Shown here one piece after another: positions 1-9,874 of a stretch of 23,198 bases of DNA. Position numbers and translations under genes: made by a program. The notes under the pieces were generated by a model, which was given only the letters and a program-made list of their open reading frames with translations, was not told the origin of the DNA and made no database searches. The stretch spans positions 8,997-32,194 of the forward strand of contig JBJCIZ010000668.1 of NCBI GenBank assembly GCA_051294375.1, given 5' to 3'. Position 1 is the stretch's first letter, and the number at the start of each line of letters is the position of its first letter. This DNA comes from Paraspadella gotoi (Eukaryota; Animalia; Chaetognatha).

Positions 1-1515
1 TAATAATTTTTCAAAAAACGAACGATCGTACAGAGAGAGACAAAAAGACAAGAGAGAGAGAGAGAGAGAAAGAAGCTGAACAGACGCTGCAAGAGGCCGG
101 AACTCGTTTACTCGTTTACTCGTCGCCTAGTGACGGTGTGAAAAAAAAAGTGACTAAAATTTTTTTTTTTTTTTTAAAGAGATAGAGAGAAAGACAGAGA
201 GAGAGAGCCGGAACTCGTTTAATCGTTTACTCGTCCGCCTAGTGACGGTGTGAAAAAAAAGTGACTAAAAAATTATTTTTGTAAAAAAAAGGGATAGAGA
301 GAGAGAGAAGAGAGAAAGAAAGAAGAAGAGAGAGAGAGACAGATAGAGAGAAAGATAGAGGAGAGAGAGAGAGAGCCGGAACTCGTTAACTTGTCGCTTT
401 GTGACGGTGGTGAAAAAAAAAATGAAATTTTTTTTTTGTAAAAAAAAAGAAATAGAGAGAGAGAGAGAGGAAGGGAGACGGAGGGAGACGGAGGGAGAAT
501 ATTGAATATTGAAAGCAAAAGTGGGGCTTGAGGCCAGTGTTTTACTACTCATATAATAGAGAGAGAGAGAGAGCCTGAACTCGCTTTTAAACGATTCAGA
601 AAAGGCAACGCCTGATCAAATATATATTTTTTTTAGAAAGAAAAAAATAATCAGAATTTTTCAAAAAACGAACGATCACGCAAGAGATCGTACAGAGAGA
701 GACAGACGCACACAGAGAGAGACAGAGAGAGACTGAACTCGTTTTTAAACGATTCAGAAAAGGCAGCGCCTAAAAAAAATATATATAAAATTAAAAAATA
801 AATAAAAGAAAGGCAAAAAATGTTACAATGGTTTATAATTGGAAATTTTTCCAATTTTTTCCAATCATAGGTTGTTAACGATTTTATTTTTATTTGTATT
901 AAAATTAAGATATAGCTTCTAATTAAAAGAATTCTTTGAGTTCCCATTTTTATTAGATTTTTATTTAATCTCTCTAAATATTAGAGATTTAATTTGATTG
1001 AATTTTATCTTCAATATTATATACTGCAATACTTAAATTAGATTAAAGCATTTCTATATACTAATTTGGATATTATAATGAGTACTATATTCTCATTTGC
1101 ATATTGCAGTAAATCATAATGAAGTGGAAATTCAAACAAAAAATACTTAAATCCAAATGTAATAAGAAAATATCAAAGCTATTTCAAGATGAGAAGCCAT
1201 ATCTAAATTTTTAACTTACTATGATCGCACACTTTTGTAAAACTTTATCATAATTCATAATAATTTTTATTTAAAAAAAACGGTAAGTCACAGTCAAACC
1301 TATAAAAGCGTAGTAGTTTTTATACAAAAAAGCGTGACGCCGACGACGACGTCGCAAAGAAGCTGATCCGAATCAATTTCGAGCCTGAACCGGCTTCGCC
1401 GGTCATGGCTCGATAAAAATGCGTGACCCCGACGACGACGACGACGACGACGTCACAAAGAATCTCACCCAAATCAATATCGAGCCTGAACCGGCTTCGC
1501 CGGTAGGCTCGATAA
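1..1515 (-). mobile_element. Helentron/HINE (DINE-1-like) non-autonomous element, copy 1, running off the window start
   Basis: Two tandem heads, each a GAGCC..ACCGGCGAAGCCGGT..GGCTC hairpin followed by a (GTC)n microsatellite (1330-1515). About 630-1515 is the reverse complement of 20583-21460. GA-rich internal tandem units fill 1-780. Family assignment rests on architecture only. Confidence 0.65.
95..425. repeat. Three tandem units GCCGGAACTCGTT...GTGACGGTG..AAAA separated by A/T runs and (GA)n
   Basis: Units begin near 96, 206 and 375; they are internal repeats of HINE-like copy 1. Confidence 0.85.
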
Positions 1516-1518
1516 TGA

Positions 1519-1940
1519 TCAGAGAGAGAGAGAGAGAAAGATAGAGAGAAGCTGGACAGCCGCTGGACCGCCGCTGCAGAGCTGAACTCGTATTTCGACG
1601 AATCTGAGTAGGGTTGAACTCTTTTCCTTTCTATAAATAAATATTAAAAAATAAATATTTGGGTATTGGGCCATACAAGAATTTTTTGTCATTGAAAGTA
1701 TACTTAAAAATGCATAAATTTTCGTTTGAGCATGTTTCCATACTAAATTTTTGATTCACCCCATTGAGTGGGGCTACCCCTATTAAGAAGAAAAAGAGAG
1801 AGAGAGAGAGAGAGAGCGACATATAATTAAAAGAGAGATAGAGAGAAGCCTGACAGCCGCTGGAATCAGAAGCAGCAGCAACGGAGAAAAAGAGAGAGAG
1901 AGAGCGACATATAATTAAGAGAGAGAGAGAAGCTCAACAG
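1519..1940. repeat. (GA)n-rich units related to the HINE-like internal repeats
   Basis: Repeated GAGAGCGACATATAATTAA and AGAAGCT/CCTG.ACAGCCGCTGG motifs, also seen at 2875-3016. Confidence 0.6.
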
Positions 1941-2681
1941 CCCTTTTACTAGGAGTCTACGTCGTTCTTAGAAATCGAGGAAGACTTTTTCAATGGAGAT
2001 TTTCGTTAAAATCTGACTACCAAATAATGTCAACGCCCCTGGGAAAAATTCAGGTAAAAAATAGATGTTAAAACACTCGATTCCGATCCTGTTGCATCTG
2101 AAGGGCTCGCATTTTTTTTCTCTTGACAAATAACCATCATTTTGACATCAAACCATCAGATTCAAATGGACTGGTTCTCTCGGAAAAATATTTTTGACGC
2201 AATTTTTATATATAAAATAAAGGGATTTCTCAACTTCAATACAATGTCAACGCATTTAACATATCTTCAAATTCAGGAATCCAATTGCCATATGTCTGAA
2301 GGGCTCTCAAAATTTTTCTTTACATTTTATTTGGTTATTTTGATATGATACGATCATGGGAAAGTGAATTAGTCCATTTTGGTGACATTTTTATTTAAAG
2401 TAAAAGTAAAAGAGGAGCTAACGATCGGAATTCTAAGAGTTTTCAACCGGGAGTCAGATTCCGGAAAAATCTTCTATGGCGAAAATCTTCCAAAGAAGGG
2501 GTCAATTTTCCGAATATTTTGGTTAATATTTTCTATATTTATGGTAGGATTTTTTTGAAACTTAATATTAACAATATTGCCATCATTCTACCTTGGCCGG
2601 TATAAGAATATATTAAAAAAACCTCTGGCTTTGTTCGTCAGAGCTTAGTCCTACTTTTACTCATCCAAATACCAAGTCAAA

Positions 2682-2753
2682 GCACCTATGGCGCCGGAGG
2701 TAGCGCGAGCTCCTCCCAATCTAAACGACTCGGGTTCGCGCTCTGATGATTCA
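2682..2753 (+). pseudogene. Degenerate tRNA-derived sequence (tRNA pseudogene or SINE head)
   Basis: A-box-like TGGCGCCGGAGGTAGCGCG starts at nt 8. T-arm TCGGG-TTCGCGC-TCTGA sits at tRNA spacing. Acceptor and anticodon stems do not pair. Confidence 0.4.
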
Positions 2754-2859
2754 TACAAGAAAAGCGGGAAAAAAAGGAAAAAAAAGGGAAAACGGACGGC
2801 GAACTGATGTCGGCATCGTTTTCAATATTGGTGAGCCCACAATATTTATATATATAAAG

Positions 2860-3380
2860 AATATAGAATATAGAAAGAAGCTGGACGACGCTGCAGAACC
2901 GGAACTCGTTTTTAGACAAATCAGAAGAAGCAGTGACTGAGAAAAAGAGAGAGAGATAGAGAGAGAGAGAGAGATATAATTAAAAGAAAGAGAGAGAGAA
3001 AGAGACATATAATTAAAAGGTTTTTGTTTTGTAAATAAAACATAAACAAATAGGAATATTGATATGAAACATGACAATTTTAAAGATCTTGATGATTAGA
3101 AACCATATATAAATTTTCAACTCCCTATGATATCACACTTTCAGAAGTCATGATTGCAAAAACGCGTGACGCCGACGACAACGACGACGACGACGACTAC
3201 GTCACAAAGAAGCTCAACCGAAACAAAATCGAGTCTGCACAGGCTTCGTCGGCAGGCTCGATAAAAAAGAGTGACGATGATACAGACGATAATGATTACG
3301 ACAACGACAACGTCACAAAGAACCTGAACCGAACCAAAATCTAGCCAAGACGGGCTTAATCCCAACTGGCGAGATAAAAA
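2860..3380 (-). mobile_element. Degenerate third copy of the HINE-like family
   Basis: Two decayed heads with (GAC)n and GTCACAAAGAA...GGCTTCGTCGGCAGGCTCGATAA at 3160-3380. GA-rich GCTGCAG..GAACTCG units at 2860-3020 resemble those at 70-110 and 1520-1940. Confidence 0.55.
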
Positions 3381-4022
3381 ATCCCTAGACCTTCCAAACG
3401 TCTTCCGGTTTCCACGACGACTTTCTTTCATTGGAAGGAATCCATCCCTGGCTCCGTTTGCGTCTCTCGCGTCGACGCCAACGCCGCAAATTCTGTTGCT
3501 CTTGATTCCATCTGCAAGGAAACGCAAGATGAGCAACGATCATCCATTAATCCAGACCATCCGCGTCTCCTTGCCTGTCGATGAGAGCCTGATTCCGTTC
3601 CCTCGCCAATCTTGCAATGTCGATGGCGGCCGGGGCGACTTTGGCGACGGTTTCAAGCGAAATCCCATGGCGACGCTGTTGAGTTCGGAGGAGGATGGTG
3701 TTGTAGACGCCGTTCATCGTCGTGATGTCATAGTCGGGATCGGAGGTGCGAGGGGGCGCTGGCGGGATTGAGTTGTGATTTGATTGGTTGATTGTTTCAT
3801 TGCTTGACTGATTGATTTAGGTTCTGCCCCGTTTTTTTCTTTCTTTACATATTTATCTATTTATTATCGAGCCAGGATTGCTTCAACTTTACTTCAACCT
3901 TAGAATGACCAATGACCGACAGAGGAACCGACGGAGGGATTGATGGTCAAAATTGCTAAGAGAACTCAAGGCATTCACCTCAACATCCAAACTCAAGAAA
4001 GAACCCTTCTTCAAATAATTAT

Positions 4023-4367
4023 TGTTACTTGACCATCACAGATGAATGAAACCCGGAAACAGAGGAAAGGATTAAGGAAGAGGATTCCGGAAGAGGAAGA
4101 AGATTCTGGAATGATCTTGAATGGGATTTGGGAAGCCAAATCCAGAAAAGGAACAATACTTTCCGGAAGAGGAAAAGAAGGTTCCAGAAGAGGAAGAGGA
4201 GGATTCCGGAAGAGGAATCTGGCTTCGTCTACTTACCCTTTATAAAGAGTCTCTGTTTCTGCTTTGATTCACTCTGTCTCAAATCTGACACCGTCTTGCG
4301 CTTGTTCTTAGTGAAATAAATATCCACTTTGGTATCATGTTGAAATCCCTGTCTACTTACTTAAATG
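4023..4367 (+). mobile_element. Probable LTR remnant of a second retroelement
   Basis: Starts TGTTAC and contains repeated TTCCGGAAGAGGAA motifs, TATAAG near 4242 and AATAAA near 4315. It is directly followed by the PBS-type sequence TGGTGGCAGCGGTGGGAT. There is no terminal CA and no partner LTR in the window. Confidence 0.45.
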
Positions 4368-4414
4368 TGGTGGCAGCGGTGGGATTCGAACCCACGCCTC
4401 CGAAGAGACTGGTG
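4368..4414 (-). pseudogene. tRNA-Leu 3' half including CCA (extended PBS or reverse-transcribed tRNA)
   Basis: Minus strand CACCAGTCTCTTCGGAGGCGTGGGTTCGAATCCCACCGCTGCCA-CCA covers the variable arm, T arm and acceptor 3' strand of eukaryotic tRNA-Leu plus CCA. The 5' half is absent. Confidence 0.85.
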
Positions 4415-4929
4415 AGACTAAACGTCAACGATAGTAAGTTAAAAATTTAGATATGGCTTCTCATCTTTAAGAACTTTGCAATTGTCACGTTTCATATGAA
4501 TTTATTGAGTTCGGACTTGAATCTTACCCCCCTAATTGATCCTCCAACACGCACAATTGTTTTACAAAATTATTTTATTTTTATCGCAAAAGAATCGTTA
4601 AGGATTTTTCTATTTTTTTAATTGTATTTAGTTTTGCTACGTCGAAAAATATTAGTATGGGAAGCAACCAAAAACCAGGAGTCATGTTTGCTCCGCGCCG
4701 AAATATTTAAAAATCAACTATATAAATATTTTTACTCCTGCCAAAGTTACAATGATCAACCTAATGCGTTTCATTATGGTGGTTTTGAGAGAGTACTGTT
4801 CATGGATTTCTCAAATAAAAAATCGGAGACCTGACGTTATTCTAACTACCATAGTATTAATGAAAAATCATTACTACAAATTTGTAAAGCATAAACAATC
4901 TACAATAGAGTGGAGCACTCAAGAACAAA

Positions 4930-5510
4930 AAATTTATTTGAATGATCGAACAATGATATTTAGATGTGAGATAGTATGATTAACTAGTACAAAAAATATT
5001 TTGTTCATATTATCTCGGGAACAGAATAGTAAAATATAATATATTTGTAGTAATATCCTTATAAAATAGTAAATTTTAAAAATAATTTTATAAAACTTTT
5101 AATAAAGATTCAGATTCTTTATAAAAAGTTGAATCAAAAATATAAAACATGTTATCAAAAATTCTGTCATCTTTAATGTTTAAAATAAGAAAAAAGGTGA
5201 AAATTCCTAACTTTTTAATTCTCTGTAGTAAAAACTTATATATATTAAAACTTTTTCATCATTTTTTGTGATCTAAACATTAAAATATCAATAACATATT
5301 TATAAAAGTTTTTAGTTTTTTACAGCGAATCCAAATCAGTTCTTAAAAATAAAAAAATTATTTTAAAATTTGACGATTTTATAAGGATATTACTACATAA
5401 ATAATTGAATTTGCTATACTGTTATGCTAAAAAAAATTTTAAAAGGATTTAAAATCATTAATTATATGTCCATAGGCAGCAAAAAAATAATGTTCAATCA
5501 CTCAATCTTT
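4930..5510. repeat. Degenerate AT-rich fold-back (long inverted repeat) centred near 5222
   Basis: TGTAGTAATATCCTTATAAAAT (~5046) has its reverse complement at ~5376-5397. Further nested matches lie at 5020/5423, ~5172-5203/5250-5284 and ~4938-4960/5485-5505. Confidence 0.75.
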
Positions 5511-6315
5511 TCATCACTCCACCCTACTCTACAATGTTTGCTCAATTTTAATAGCACCTTATATGCTGCAAAAATCGCCATTTCCGACAAAGAAGATGAG
5601 ACTATACAAAAAAATGGTTATCATCATCGAATTCTACAGACTTTATAACACTAAAATAGCTATGTACCTCACTCGATTTGTTATATTTCATTATTTTTCA
5701 ACGCCCTACTGGAGAGTAAATTTAAGATTTTTATCAAATTGTGATTGGCTATCTTAAATCTTTTTTTCAGGCTCTTTCATGATACTTATATAAATAATTA
5801 TATTTTATGTTATAATAATTTAAACAGGTCATATATTTTAAAAAATATTTGAAATTTTAGATAATTAACTTTTGACTCTCTTAATTGAACCAAGGCTGGG
5901 CAGCTTTCGAGCTTTAGAGCTTTCGTAAGTATTATGGACGACACAAGTTTCAGATCAAGAATGATTTATTCTTCAACAAGGTTATAAACAATAACAGTCA
6001 AAATGCTCAGATGCTAAGTCTATTACAATGGTATTTACAAAGGTCAACGTTTTGACCACAAATAAACTGGGGGAAACGAGCGGGGTCAGGTTGTTAAGGT
6101 CAAGTGGTTTGACCGAGGTTGCATGTTCTATTTGTTCGTCCACAGTATATCATTATCTTCATTTTTTTAAGGGCTTTCTGAGGATATTAATATTGTTAAT
6201 ATCTTAATAAATACTTTGTTTAAAAAAGTGCTAAAAGTTGAAAAAAAAATTTAAAAACAGTGAGTTGGAAAATGAAACCCGATTTTACAAGCCAACTTTC
6301 TCCACTCATTGCCAA

Positions 6316-6626
6316 GGCATATCTTAACTGATCAATATAAAATTTGAACACATAAATGACTTTAATATGTTCTACTCAACTAATTTTTAAAATCAATGAA
6401 ATAACCACTGGTTTGCAAATGAGAGCGTATTTCTACCGGCGCTTGTAAAATTGTCACCATGTAGAATAAATTGTGAATTACATGGTGACAATTTTACAAG
6501 CGCCGGTAGAAATACGCTGTCATTTGCAAACCAGTGGTTATTTCATTGATTTTAAAATTTAGTTGAGTAGAAAAGATTAAAACTATTTATGTGTTAAAAT
6601 TTTATATTGATCAGTTAAGATATGCC
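6316..6626. mobile_element. Fold-back / MITE-like palindrome with 148-bp arms and a 15-nt loop
   Basis: 6316-6463 is the reverse complement of 6479-6626 with scattered mismatches, mostly in the outer half. No TSD identified. Confidence 0.85.
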
Positions 6627-7822
6627 ATGACTGGGAAGATGGGTATCTAGCTAAAGGTAGGTACTAACTAGTCTCTCATCAGGGAAAAGAGGTAAGTAGG
6701 GTAAGTATGTAATGGTAATAGGAAAACAGATATAACAAAGGGTATCAAGGGTACATAAAAGGGAGAGAAGGGAGAGGGAAGGTTTGCAGACCCCGAGACC
6801 GAGAGGAGAAGTTGAGAGAGTGAGTCCGATCTCCAAGGCTCTATCCGTGACTCCGGGGATGAAGAGGAGGGGACGACGAGGGGAGGAGGAGGCGTTGAGA
6901 GGGGGAAGAGAAGGCCCGGGGGAGAGAGAGGTTCTGGCGGTAAGGTGAGCCTCTATCTTGTGCCCCTCTCTTGGTCGGAGATGCCCACTTGGGTCTTGAA
7001 TGTCACAGGTGGGCGTCGCCATCATCTTGGTGTGGGCGTGGAGTTTGTGGAGAGGTAGGGGAAGAGGCAGACGCTGGCCGGGTTAAGCGGATTGGTGGGG
7101 TGGACGCCATTTTTGGGGGCGGGGGGATGTTGCCTTTAGCTCCTCTAGATTCAACGCCTTGATTGGACTTTGTTGGATGAAGCGCTGGGCAAAGGCAGGA
7201 ACCGGAAGTCGCCTTGAGTCTCGTGGATCGACGGGTAAACGCTGGTCGGAGGGTGGAAAGCGGAAGGCATTGGTTTCTCGCCTTAAGTCTTCAGCGGGGT
7301 TGGCTTTTGGGTAGGGGATGGAGGGTACAATTTCTCAAGGGGAGAGGGAAGGCACGCTACTTTTAATAATCAATATTTATATTTTTTTTTGTTTTATTTT
7401 CGTTATTTTTTTTCAAAGAAAATCAAACAATCAGAATCAAAATCAAACTAAAAAAAGGAAGTTGTTTCATAAAAAAAAAACACGCTAAATATGAAACTAG
7501 AAGCGTTTCAATGAATATTAAAAATTATTTTAAAAGGTTTCAAAAATCAGAAATTTGACGGGAAGAGATGGCAAGAAAATAGATATTGTAACTAGCAATA
7601 AATCATACTTTAAAACTAATTTTAAATTTTCACATTTAAAATTATATTTTCGAAATTCAAAATTCACGGGAAAAAAGGGACTGTGAATCATACTGAACTT
7701 AAAATAAAACACGCTGCGAAATGATGAAACGCACAATGAAATTATAAACTTCCAGTAATCTACGTTTCAAAAAAATTAAAGAAAAATCTAAAATTAAAAA
7801 TTTTACTTTTCGGGAAGTTGTA

Positions 7823-8422
7823 CTATCTAGGAAAAAAGTTAGAAACATTTTTTTTTAAAGTTCATTTATTCAATAAAAAATATACAAAACATGGGTAAAA
7901 CATTCTCAATATTTGGTATGCCCTCCCTCGGCATCGACCACTGCCTGCATTCGTCTGGGCATGCTCTCGTAAAGCGAATTGAGGTACGAAGGTGAAATAT
8001 TTTTCCACACCTTTAGCGCAATTCTTTTCAGCCCCGATGTTGATGTTGCGCGTTCTCGACTTTGCATCTTTTTCATCTGCGACCAAAGCGATTCAATTGG
8101 ATTGAGATCGGGGGAGTTCCCCGGCCAACCAGAGAATAAGTTGATATGATGATTGGCATGCCACTGCTTCGTCGTAGCGGCTCTATGCGCAGGAGCTCCG
8201 TCTTCCATAAAGCGATAGGATCCACGATTTCCGCGCTTCACTTGAGGTAACAATCTTATTTTGCCTCTAACTTCTATACGGTTGGATCTACGAAAAAATG
8301 GAAGGAAGCAACTGAAAGGAAATTTAGTGTAGAATCTGAAACATCCTGATTTTTTAAAAATCGAGCAAGTTTTCGAGTAGATATCCTTAATTTAAAATGT
8401 TTCTAACTTTTTTCCTAGATAG
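7823..8422 (-). mobile_element. Internally deleted Tc1/mariner element (600 bp)
   Basis: Perfect 29-bp TIRs CTATCTAGGAAAAAAGTTAGAAACATTTT flanked by TA on both sides (7821-7822, 8423-8424), enclosing a transposase C-terminus. Confidence 0.93.
7906..8253 (-). pseudogene. Tc1-family transposase C-terminal fragment
   Basis: FMEDGAPAH...WPGNSPDLNPIESLW...SMPRRMQAVVDAEGGHTKY. The DNA-binding domain and first catalytic Asp are missing. Confidence 0.93.
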
Positions 8423-8646
8423 TACGGTAAAATAGAAACGGAAAATCTATGCAATAACACACTCTTTTGAACTGTAATTGTAACTAAAAAAAACATAACT
8501 GTATTTTGCAAAAAAAAAAAAATAATAAGGGGTCATGAGTGACACAGAAAGGAAAGAGGGGGAAGAGAGAACAAAAGAGAAGACGATTGTCGTTAGTCCC
8601 ATAGAGGTCGCTGCAGATAATCAGGAGGACAAAGATGACGACTTTG

Positions 8647-8721
8647 ACCGTCGCCGTCGCCGTAGTCGTCGCCATCGTCGTCGTCGCCATCGTCATTGTC
8701 GTCGCCATCGTCGTCGCCGTT
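8647..8721. repeat. (CGT/CGC/CAT)n trinucleotide microsatellite
   Basis: Directly visible; it explains the Arg-rich and Thr-rich spurious ORFs. Confidence 0.9.
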
Positions 8722-9197
8722 ACGTCTCGGTTCGTACGACCTAAAGGCAGACTCCGTACCTAACTGGAGAGTAAAATTGAGAATTGTTTAAATATGTTAT
8801 TGTGACATTTCTAAATGTCGATCCTTATTTAACTTCTTTTTTTTGTTTTTTAACACTGAAAGTGAGTTTGACTAAATCATTGTATTGCATTTTTTTTAAC
8901 TTTTGTTTTTAAGGTGTACGTTCGGCAGGGAACAAGGCAAAAAACACAGGTAACAAAGTTTGTTTTCATACTGTTAACTTAAATAATTTTTTTTTATACT
9001 CAACAATACTTAATATAAATTGTACTGTAGATTCCATGGATGATGGTTGAACCAATGACTCGTCTTTCGTTCCTAGGAAATGAGTCCAGTAGGAGAAATA
9101 CCTGAAGCTGAGAGATTTAATGAGTAAAAGTTCAGGACTTTAGGGAATCAAATATCAAAAAGCGCAAAAGAGAAAAGGTGCAAGACGCAACGTCATA

Positions 9198-9684
9198 TGC
9201 GGCTATTTCGAGTAGAATTGTTTAAGTACAAAATAATCTGTCCGCGCCCGGGATCGAACCCGGTCCTAATCGTCGGGACTTATTGATTCCCAACAGTTAG
9301 CCAATCGGACAGTCTTGAAATCTAAACGTCTGAGTTTTGATTTAAAGCTTTAAAGTTGATTCGAAGCCTTTTGTTTGTCTCTAAATTAAGTAGCCTCCAT
9401 TAGATGTCATTTATATAATTTTGCCGCCAAACAAATTGATTGCTTACCTTATTGATATCCTGACATGATCAATCAGAGTTGTCCAAAAGAAGAAATAAAA
9501 ATGTTTGCCAAAAACTCTACAAATTATGTTTTTATTCAATCTCCAAATGTAAAGAATACATTATAAAGTGGAGGCCTCTGATTACAAACAATTTTATTCT
9601 ACATGAACTTTAAACAAGCACTTCAAAGTCACGTGACTCATTTTTCCCTGCGCCGACCCGGCTTAGCAATTCGTCCCAACCACA
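9198..9684 (+). repeat. 5' LTR (487 bp)
   Basis: TGCGGCTATTTCGAG...CAACCACA. Matches 16311-16798 with only about ten differences by eye. Candidate TATA near 9411-9418 and AATAAA at 9494-9499. Confidence 0.96.
9239..9310 (-). ncRNA. tRNA-like putative Pol III RNA unit in the 5' LTR (antisense)
   Basis: Minus strand reads GTCCGATTGGCTAACTGTTGGGAATCAATAAGTCCCGACGATTAGGACCGGGTTCGATCCCGGGCGCGGACA then GATTATTTTG. A-box-like TGGCTAACTGTTGG starts at nt 8, the B box is GGTTCGATCCC, 5' GTCCG pairs with 3' CGGAC plus discriminator A, and TTTT follows 5 nt later. Expression is not shown. Confidence 0.65.
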
Positions 9685-9702
9685 TGGTGATCACGACTAA
9701 GA
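9685..9702 (+). promoter_or_regulatory. Primer binding site, tRNA-Trp-like
   Basis: TGGTGATCACGACTAAGA abuts the LTR-terminal CA. It resembles TGGTGACCCCGACGTGAT, the complement of the eukaryotic tRNA-Trp 3' end, with mismatches. The tRNA assignment is inference. Confidence 0.75.
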
Positions 9703-9874
9703 ACAAACGCCAACCTTCAAAGATCGAGTGGATTGACAGGAGCAACTCACCGTCTCCCTAGGTAAGATTGGGAGAGAGATCAGACTATTAAGCTGACGCC
9801 CAATCCACTCACACTCGTCTTCTTTTTATTGCTTTTGTGATCGGCGACGCTCTGGGAAAACGTCGACGACATCG

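Noticed and set aside
95-425. CRISPR-like repeat-spacer pattern
   Set aside because: The spacers are homopolymer and (GA)n runs, the context is eukaryotic and there are no cas genes.
651-947. Duplicated MGTQR ORF (also 21143..21541) as a gene pair
   Set aside because: It lies in the AT-rich body of a repeat, runs into microsatellite, and the copies differ in length; the similarity reflects DNA repeat homology.
6634-7350. ORF 6651..7025 as a host gene
   Set aside because: Strand-biased, low-complexity sequence with no domain; probably a retroelement remnant, but I cannot assign it.
9239-9310. A functional tRNA gene in the LTR
   Set aside because: There is no D stem or 7-nt anticodon loop and acceptor pairs 6-7 mismatch; kept only as a tRNA-like unit.
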